A stretch of DNA of 64,000 nucleotides from Eukaryota sp. GEM-RC1 (taxonomy: Eukaryota), in contig JAUFOQ010000001.1 in NCBI GenBank assembly GCA_040285855.1, positions 1,612,001 through 1,676,000 on the forward strand, given 5' to 3'. A model generated the notes under the pieces. The model was not told where the DNA came from and searched no databases. It was given only the letters and a program-made list of their open reading frames with translations. Position 1 is the stretch's first letter. Each line of letters starts with the position of its first letter. Positions 55,025 through 64,000 of the stretch are shown here, piece after piece. The translations under genes and the position numbers were made by a program.

Positions 55025-55472
55025 TCTTTCAATAGTTCATTGATGTTTTTTTTATTATGTAGAACAATATACTTTATTACAATTTATCTTTATCTGGTCT
55101 AAATTTATAATTTATACCATGATTGTTCACATAAATTAAGCTATCACAACTATACACTGAATATGTAACAAATTTTTCGTCTGGTTTTATATGTCACATT
55201 TTCTGACATACTAAATCTGTAACAAATTTCTGTCAGATTTTAGGTGGATGAAATTCACGGATTGTTGTGTATGTAACAACTATGCAACAAAACATTAGTA
55301 CTCAGACTGCGTCTGACATCGTTTAAACTGCAAAATTGAATATTTTAATATTGTACAAATATTGTTTATTTGCTGTGTTATTCTTATATGTTTTACAAAA
55401 TTATAAATACATCTATATTGTACTATTTATTCTCTATCACTGTCAGTTCATTTTTTTAAAGTCTTTTTGATT

Positions 55473-57008
55473 TCAAAAGCACTTGCAGTTGTTTTCATTC
55501 ATCGTTTTTCTGTTTTTCCCTAAAACTTCATTTTCGTCTTTTGTCTTTAACGATTTGTTTTCAAATTTTGATGATGAACCATCAATTACATTTTGTTCTG
55601 ACACCAAGTCAGGTTGTACACTCTGAACTAGATCATACAATACAAGACATAGATTTTTTCTTGATCTGTCAGTGTATAATTTTGTCTGATTTTGTTCCTG
55701 ACGTGCAACCATTAATCCTTGTAAAATTAAAGTAACATTCAAACAGACAATCCATCCACAGATAAGAGACGATGTTAACTGTGCAAAAGGTATATAGTAG
55801 TCCACCTTATACTGTGGTAATCTTGCAAACAGATTTGTTTCCCCACATCCATAAACAGTTCTAAAAGGATTAACGATTAATTCAGTGGTTAATGAGTCAT
55901 CCAAAGAATCATAAATATTGAATAATAATACATTTGCTTCATTTAGAAACAATTCAATAAGATTCCAATGACCAGATCCTGCATCACCAGGAACATGTTC
56001 TTTCACCAAACATAATGGGGCAAGAATTCTTTTCCTGATTTTAGTGTATCGACAATAGCCTTACCAGAATGTAAGGCATATCATATTGGATCACCTACCA
56101 TGTTGAGTTTCTTGAGATTGCAGGAACTTGTACCTACTTGATTTAAATTTTTGGAATGCAAGCATCACAATGAAATCAAGTTCAGAACTCAACAAGAGTT
56201 GTGTTTTACCTTCCCTATCATCCTTTGTCAACATTTTCTCAATATCACTAAATCCAAATTTAAATTTTTAATTTATGTAAAACTGGTCACTGATTAAATC
56301 TACAGAAAGAATCAACGGGTTACGTTGTTTTTTGCGTTTAATAGGTTTAGATAAATTAAAATTATCAATGACTGGAACAGGAACTATTTCAGATGGTTCA
56401 GAGAAAATAGAATGAATATGATTGATTGCGAAGTTATCAATACGACGTTTTGGTGAAGGAATTATGACTTGTGATGGAGTATCGTCAATGCGAGTATTGT
56501 CATAATCATGTAAAAGAGTATGAGACTGAGGCTGAGGAGGAGGAGAACGAGCAATTGTAACTCGTTTAACGTCTTTGAGTAGATCCTTAAGATGATTTAG
56601 AGTTGAAGTTGTTGAAGAAATTGGAAAAGATATGTCACGCTTCTCATAAGAACCATCAAAAGGAAAGAGATGAACAGTTTCTAGATCAACATCTAGCACA
56701 ATGGCAACGGCTGATTTGTAGTTGAGACAAAAATCCATGGTACCCTTTTTAAGATCATCTGGTAAGTCAGATGTTGACACTTCCGTTATGTGGATGGATT
56801 TAGTTCTCCAAGAATTGTATGTTCCATAAGGAAGAAGAACAAGTGACAAGTTAACTGCATACTTATCAGCAAGCTTTACAACAAGTTTCATATATGTTTT
56901 GATGGTACGGGAACGACTTTCTTGTTCAGAAGTATTTCTGAGTTTGAAGATTGAGTAGAACATGGGAAATTCTGGTATAGACTTTATTACAGATTTCGTT
57001 CCAGACAA
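55473..57008 (-). CDS. Frameshifted gene with a C-terminal Ulp1-like (C48) cysteine protease
   Basis: PLCL..SGHWNLI, IYDSL and Q..SSLICGWIV give the His-Asp-Gln-Cys order; upstream ORF 56268-57008 on the same strand is probably its N-terminus. Confidence 0.65.
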
Positions 57009-57317
57009 GTGAATTTACATTCATTACTTCATTACTTATTGGAATTAATTCATTTTCTTCTCCTCTACGACTATACCTGGCTTTATAGCAAATGAATTCA
57101 GAAGAGAACTAACTAAGTCAATGAGTTTGGTTATACGATTGACAGTCTTAAAGACTTCTTAAGTAATCACTAATGGTAACGGATGATGTTATAACTAATA
57201 ACATTAGTTAGAGTTGTTTTGATGTTTTGACACTCTACTGACTACAAGTAATAGTAGAATTGTACTGTAGTATCTAGACTGGGATGACTGAAACATTTCA
57301 TTTTCCTCTATCCACAA

Positions 57318-58476
57318 ATGTTGGTTGTTTTACATTCTAACAGACACTCTGCTCCGTACAAGGCTCCTCTTTTGGCCCAATATGAGGCGGAATCCCCTGC
57401 TTGGATTCTATCTCCGTTGAGTCGATATACGGATAGCTTTTTCTATGTTGTGAAAACACTTCCATCTCTGTTGTTGTATGTAATCTACTTCTATTCATGT
57501 GTTATCCCTTCCCATCCTCCGTTCCCAAAAGACCTCACCGCGGACGGTGACATTGAGTCCAATCCCGGACCGTTGTCCAAAGACTCCCTAGAGTATCTGA
57601 ATCCTGGCCAATGGATAGATGACGATGCTATCTTTCAATATTGTGAGTACCGTTTTAACTCTGCTGGACTAGCATTTGATCTAATTCTTATTGCTAAAAC
57701 CACCGGTACTCGATTCCTCATTGCTCCTATCAATGACGGTATGACTGCCCTGTCTGCGTCACGTACATTTTCAGGATCTCATTGGGGTGTTATTCTGTTG
57801 GATTGTGTACAAAATGTTGCAACAGTTATTGATCCAATACTGAACTCCAACTATTTGAACAATATTGTTGATAAATTCAGAGAAAAAATGCCAAGTTTCA
57901 CGATACGTTATGCAAACGTCCCGAAATCTCAGACTCCAAGTGATTGTGGAATTTATGTCATTGCATATGTTCAAAAGTACTTACAAATTCTTACAACACA
58001 TGAAAGTTTGTCTAATCCATCGATTGATTTTTTTTGAAAAAAGGTTGTGTGAAGTTAACAATTACATTTTATGTGACGAATTTTTTAAAAATCAGGATAT
58101 TGTCCCAACACGTGGTCAAGCCCTTAAGAATTTATCTAAATTAGTTTTTTTGAAAAAACTAGAGCGATATTTAAATGAACTAAGATCTTTAGTTTCACGT
58201 TTCGTGGATATGGAAGATTCTAATACTCGTCTCAATAATCAATTAAATGGATTGGAAGGCATTGCTCTAAAGCTTGTCAATTTCATATCAAATCCTTCTG
58301 AAGTTACACTCAATAAGTTTCAAAATGAATCAACAATCTTCTCTTCTCTTTTGAACCTCCAAATTCAACGACGTCTCTCTTTCGTGATCGGTATTTCTGG
58401 TGTAACGTTAGAAGTTCATGATGTTCGTTATTGTGATTCAAAAGATATTTTCGATTACAGATATCTTTATAGATAG
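57318..58476 (+). CDS. Hydrophobic leader, 2A peptide, Ulp1/SENP8-like C48 protease, helical tail (tail probably joined across a T8 run at ~58028)
   Basis: DLTADGDIESNPGP; L.PGQWIDDDAI; LIAPIND..GSHWGVILLD..VIDP; SQTPSDCGIYV. Confidence 0.85.
57531..57572 (+). other. 2A/StopGo ribosomal-skipping motif
   Basis: In-frame GAC CTC ACC GCG GAC GGT GAC ATT GAG TCC AAT CCC GGA CCG = DLTADGDIESNPGP, matching D(V/I)ExNPG|P. Confidence 0.9.
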
Positions 58477-58664
58477 ATTATCTTATTGACGATGTTCCTC
58501 GGTTTTCTCAGTTCCAGAAAAACGTCATGTTGAACGATTGGTTGAGTTTGGTGACGCCGACCAATTCGACGATTGCACTCAATGCTTTCCGTAACAGCAT
58601 GATGTGTACCTTAATTTCAACTCATAATATAAATATAATTTAATAAATAAACACTGTTAATTAA

Positions 58665-59212
58665 AGTTGAAATTCTGAGTGGGGGAAATTCCTTCACCAA
58701 CTGAATAGAATTACAATAATAGACACAAGTACTGATCCAAGGAAAACAGCTGATCCCAGAAAGATGTTGTAAGATACGTACCAGAAGTTCGAGAGAGAGA
58801 GTTATACATTTGTTCCGGACATATTTGTTTCCATGTGATAAGTTCCTAAACATAAACAAAAAGCACATCATAAAGAGAACAAATGATCAAGATAAAGAAA
58901 CTCTTTGCAAATCGAAATGATCAAGCCAACTTAAAACATAACATTAAGAGCAAACTTCAGATGTTTGACATACATTGGGCAATCAATATCCGATGAACGA
59001 AATTCATTAAGACAACGAGTGCTTTTAAAGTCTTAATGGTTTGTTGTCAAAAAGAGAGGAGAGAACTGTTGATGCAACGAGAGTTGATGAAGATAAAATA
59101 ATGGCCAAAAGCAAGGTACTAGCCTTCTTAAGGATATAGGTCAAAATTCAAGGAGAAACCTCACGATCTTGTTGACTCAACAGGATTTCTGTTATGACTC
59201 AGCAACACGTCA
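58665..59212 (-). repeat. Two-part dispersed module, copy 5
   Basis: Reverse motif B ~58665-58716, reverse motif A ~59105-59212. Confidence 0.88.
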
Positions 59213-62200
59213 TTCAAGAGAACAGAAGAGTTTCTTATGAACATTCCTGATTTCATTAGGTTTTTGCCATTCATACACCACAACGTGCAACTCATATACA
59301 TCTCAGGTTCTTCTTTTTGTCATTCTTCTTCTTTGTTTCTGCCATTCTTCTTGACCCAGCGTTTTCCTTTGTATCTATTCATTTGGTCGCCCTCAATGAA
59401 ACTATCCATGTTCTCTAGTTCATCTGTCTGGTAGAGGAATATGCATCTGCTGCTATTTTCGTTGCGTTCCATGTTATTATTCTCCACATCAACTTGTGGA
59501 TGCTTAAGGTTTGACTTCTTGTCATGACCATGTATGCTTCATGAATCTTTCGTAAGGAATCCATATCTTGCTGAAGTTTTCATGTCCCTTTTATATTTCT
59601 AGTTTATAGAAGCGTAAAGAGGATTCAATACTCTGTACAATGCAGTTTTGTCTATATGAGATAGGTTATAGATATGTTTGCCTTTGTTTAAATAAACATC
59701 AGAACACTTTGATACAAACTGCAATACAACAACAATGGCATACACCGAAACACCAATTTATCACAAGAAAATGAATATTTTGACAAATGGCCAAGTTTAT
59801 GTGGAGGAAACGAAACTGACATCCAAAGTTTCAACGAGAAGTTGACCAACGAACACTTCCATGTTCAAAGTGGCTTGTATGTACTTTATGTTGGAAGATA
59901 GTCATATATTTGCATAAATTGGTACACGATGATGGACTTAGAGTTGACAATGTGGTTGTATTACTGAAGAACCCAGCTTTTACTGTTCGTCTAGAGATTC
60001 TGACTAAACGTGTATAGATTTATTTTCCTTGTAAATACACTGACGCATACATGACTCCACTTCGGTTCACATCTAGTACGAAGAAAGGGAAACATATCAG
60101 ATGAGTAGTTGTAGATATATATGTCAAAAGCAGTAGTCAGTTTCCAATAAGGAAGATGTGTTATCATTGAATCAAACGTCTCCCGCGTTGATGACCTCTC
60201 ACTTTAAACTCAAAGACCATATGTGTTGATGAAGTTCCCGTAAGAGAGATCAATGATAGAGATCACACTCAATGAGTTTCTCTTTGGGTTATATCCAAAG
60301 CGTTCAGAGGACATGGACACAGGAAAAAAATGTTATGTATTAGCCAATGAAGAAGTTATCTGGAATGGACGCCATAAAGTGGTGATTTGGTGGAAGAGTC
60401 AGGTTGATGTTTCTAAAGATGAAGCATTGAGCCAAAGTTGTGGTACTCCTCAGAATATCCACATTAATGACTCAACCTTACTCATGAACCTTCTTCTAAG
60501 CACATCCGTTTCCAACTGTCCTTGTTGATTTAGATCATCTTACTACCTGTTTTTTTGACGAACCATCATCAATCTGTTTTTACTGTATTGATCCCACTGC
60601 GTTGATGCTTCTCTCTCATCAGAGCTCAAAAGAGTACTACTACTCCGGTACTATCAATGATGACGATACTTATCGAAAACCACGCTACCAGTTTTCCACT
60701 GCCACTCCGACACAATGCTCAATCTTCTGCCATGACCGTGACTAATATAGTAACCGTCATTCCCACTTTTCTCAGTGTCTAGTCTTAAACCGCTTGTATA
60801 TCATCTATCCTTCAAATCACCAATGACAGTCACTTCATCCATCGTGAAACCGATGTCGTTCCTCCCGCTTCCAGAACTAAGATCGAACTTACGCTAACCC
60901 AAGATGAAGAAGTTGGTGACGGAACAACCTCAGTCATGATCCTCGCTTCTGAACTCCTTGCCTACGCTAAACCTCTCTTCAACAGTCACCCACCATCATC
61001 GTTGAAGACTACAACAAGCTTGTCTACCAGTGTTAATCACATGACTACTTTCATTTCACACCTTTTTGTTGTTAACCTTTTGTTTTTCCTTCCCTCTAGA
61101 TACTTATGGGTGCTACCATTGAACTTCGTCTGTCAAGGACTGATATATGACATCTCAGACTTGAATACTTGCGAGGATTGTACAGTGCCTGTTATTTATA
61201 CCCTTGTTGTCATAATCAACACTCACTCTGATGACGTGATTGAATGATGTTGTTTTAACATCTCGTGATTTTCGAATTGTTTGAACTTGAGATGGCTGAG
61301 CATAATTTGTCATTTGATTTGGGAGTGTACAAATGCATCTTGTCTTCATCTTTCCTTTCTGTCAGTTGCTTAATAAGTCGAACCAATCATTTGCTATTCA
61401 ATAAATTCCAAAAAGATCACGTCTTTATCTTACAACTATTCATACCACGTGTCAATTTGGTTTTTGGACACAGAATAGGACCTGTTTGTGGGAGTTATGG
61501 ATAACATAATGTGAGAGGGTTTGAAAGCAATGTGAATGGTACAGTGAAATTGATTTGAAAAGGAAGTCGCTGACATAGCTTTTGATATACTTATTTACAT
61601 GAAGCAACAAGAAAGAATTTTCAAACTTAGCTAAGTCTTGTTGTGGTTAAAAAGTTTGTTATCGGCTCGATATTATGTATAGTCCTCCAGTTGACACTGT
61701 TCCCATCCTAAGTCAGACTATTTATGATGAAACCAAGGAAATTTACGTTAATATGATCGTTGTAATTTAGTAAACACATGATGTCATCATACACCCTAAA
61801 ATGACGAGAATAATTGAGAATCGTCATGTTTAATTAAATATCTTTATGTTCTAATCCCAAATCATGATAGTGAGAGCAAATTTCGTTATTCATTTGGTTA
61901 TTTGTAATATTTACTTGAATAATGACAATGACAACAATGTCATTTCAAAGACTAAATTATCAGTCCGAATTTCTAGGAGTTTGACTGATGCTTCCTTAGC
62001 ATCAATCACTTCTTTAGCAATCAATTAATACATTACATCATCTTCCTTTTGCGACTCATCATCATTATCAATTGTTACAGTAGGGTTAGTAAAAAGCTGA
62101 CAGATCTTAAATGGAATAGCGGTGGTTGTCACAGTTGGGTCTTCAGCATATAGGCTAGACCAGCTAGCCCATGCTGTGTCAGAAGCATCAATAGATGGAT

Positions 62201-64000
62201 TTTCTTGTTGTAAATGTTCGACGGTTACTGACCAAGCTGCTGTTTTGTCTGTTGTTTTAAGATATTGGTTATACTCTTTCGAAGTCACATTATCCACTCC
62301 GACTTTCACAGAGAACGCAGAAACTTTTCTATTTTTAGGAGTAGAAGACAATCAGGCGTTGACCCACTTTTTGATTGTAGTTCGATCAACCCTTTCAAAA
62401 TTCCATCCTGTACCGTAGGAGAAAAGGAATTGGTAATCTGCTTGAGGGTGAGACTTGACTTCAGAAGCAGTACGTGCGAATACCAAATCGTGTTGTCAAC
62501 AACGTAGAACAATCCACAGCAATATCAAATCGGCATGACGATATGACATTGGTCCCAAATCTTGTTGCTGCTGGTTTCAGAAGTTCTACATTACTACATT
62601 TTCCACGTCATCATAATATGCCACGTCATCATAAGGTGGAATGCTTAAGCTAACATTGGGTTCGTTCTGTACAAACAACGAACTAGTTGATACCTAAAAC
62701 TTTCGCATGCACCGAAAATTTAGCTTTCAAAAACGCTTTGTCAACTTCAAGTATTATCGATTTCAGCCAAGAATATTTGCGAGTGGCATCCTTTTCTACA
62801 TTAGAGAAGGGTTTCTGTTCTGATACAATCCAGTCCAACCAACCATAAATTGAAGCAGCTTTGTCAGTGGATTGCTGGATGACGTACGATGTTGCCAAAG
62901 GCTGAGAGTCGTCGCTAATTAGCAATTCGGTCCAGTTTTTGTGGTTGTTCAGAACATGAGTTTTCAAGTTCTGAAAACCAGTATTAGATGTAAACCACAC
63001 GGTCATTGGCTCAATCTCGTAGTTGTTTTCGTCTAAGATGAGGTGATGACAAGTATTGCAGTAATCTGTCATCTTGTTCTCTTTGCCAGACCTTAAAGGA
63101 GATTGGAGATTATCGACAGTAAAAAACTGGTCCGCAAATTCTTTGCTGTCGAGTTAGGTAATCCCGCTACAATGAATTCCTTGGGTACATTGTACGAACA
63201 AGGAGTCTCTGTGGAAAAGACATCGACAAAGCCGTCAGAAATGATAAAATGGCTGCTGATCGGGGAAATTCTTGTGCCGAAAGTAATCTGTATTACAATG
63301 GAATTGGTGTTGAAGTAGATTATCGGAAAGCTTATATAACAACTTCTACAATTGAATTCTTCGGAATTGATGTTGTTCTTGATTTGATACCATGTATGTT
63401 GAATAAATCACTCTTCGTATTGCGCTTGTAAGTTAGTACTTTTACAATCGCATAATTTACCACCGTCAGCAGTAATTAGTTTCACTGAGAGTAATTTTGT
63501 ATGTTGGCCTAATTTTGTCGATCGAAAGCGTGTCTAGTTACAACAAAAGCCAACCGATGTCCATAATGTCTTTCATCGCAGTTAAGTTTACCGTCTAAAA
63601 GTCGACAATCAAGGCGCAACTCACACTCAGTTTTTTTTTAGCAACATCAGCGTTTAGAGATTGGGGCTGATGGATTTAATGCAGAAGAGCGAAATCTGCC
63701 GTTTGGTTTTGGATACTTGGCTTGTTTTCATATTCTTGTCACGAATTAAATTGATATGGAAAGGGCTAGTAATATCGAGTTTCAATGAAATACATCTGAT
63801 TGGTCACACGGTTCGTCATTAATTTCTTGAATTTTTCAGTAATTTCGCCGTATATTCAGTACACTTTTCATGTCGATTTTCCACCTTTTGGTGTGTAAAT
63901 GGAATACATGTATATCAACACGGAACTTTCGTCATTTTTAATGGAACTTAGGAAACATGTAATTAATATGGTCTTTAGTCAATCAGTGAATCTAAGATAA
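59100..64000 (+). repeat. Segmental direct repeat, copy 2 (runs off the window)
   Basis: Colinear with 47505-52810; lacks ~50952-51470. Confidence 0.95.
60808..61025 (+). pseudogene. CCT3: CCT gamma fragment, copy D
   Basis: ITNDSHFIHRETDVVPPASRTKIELTLTQDEEVGDGTTSVMILASELL. Confidence 0.8.

Noticed and set aside
58665..58716. Motif B as a Helitron 3' end or Fanzor omegaRNA end
   Set aside because: No CTRR terminus, and no Rep/helicase or RuvC ORF recognised nearby
1..64000. Non-standard genetic code as the cause of ORF fragmentation
   Set aside because: Long ORFs (501, 449 and 435 aa) read normally, and the breaks are mostly frameshifts rather than one recurrent stop codon

Overview
AT-rich, repeat-dense eukaryotic DNA, protist-like; the organism cannot be determined from sequence alone. 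The window is mostly decayed, nested mobile elements: Ty3/Gypsy pieces (protease, RT, RNase H, integrase, chromodomain plus PPT), a near-intact MULE/MuDR transposase, pogo/Tigger DDE_1, Tc1/IS630 DD34E, several hAT remnants and two hAT-type MITEs with visible TSDs. Host-type genes are mostly frameshifted: a vWA protein, a kinase-like/ubiquitin/KPxIxF fusion, RING-LRR, SEL1 repeats and CCT3 fragments. The highlight is a canonical 2A (StopGo) ribosomal-skipping motif, DLTADGDIESNPGP, directly in front of a Ulp1/SENP8-like C48 protease (57318-58476). It sits head-to-head with a second Ulp1-like gene, between two copies of a ~5 kb direct repeat. Also notable are a dispersed two-part non-coding module rich in hairpins, a repeated block carrying a captured CCT3 fragment with apparent cargo swapping, a duplicated Tc1-gag/protease chimera, and retroelement-like ends with a perfect 14-bp palindrome where a PBS would be expected. 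All homology calls come from motif recognition by eye, and single-base frameshifts may be sequencing errors.
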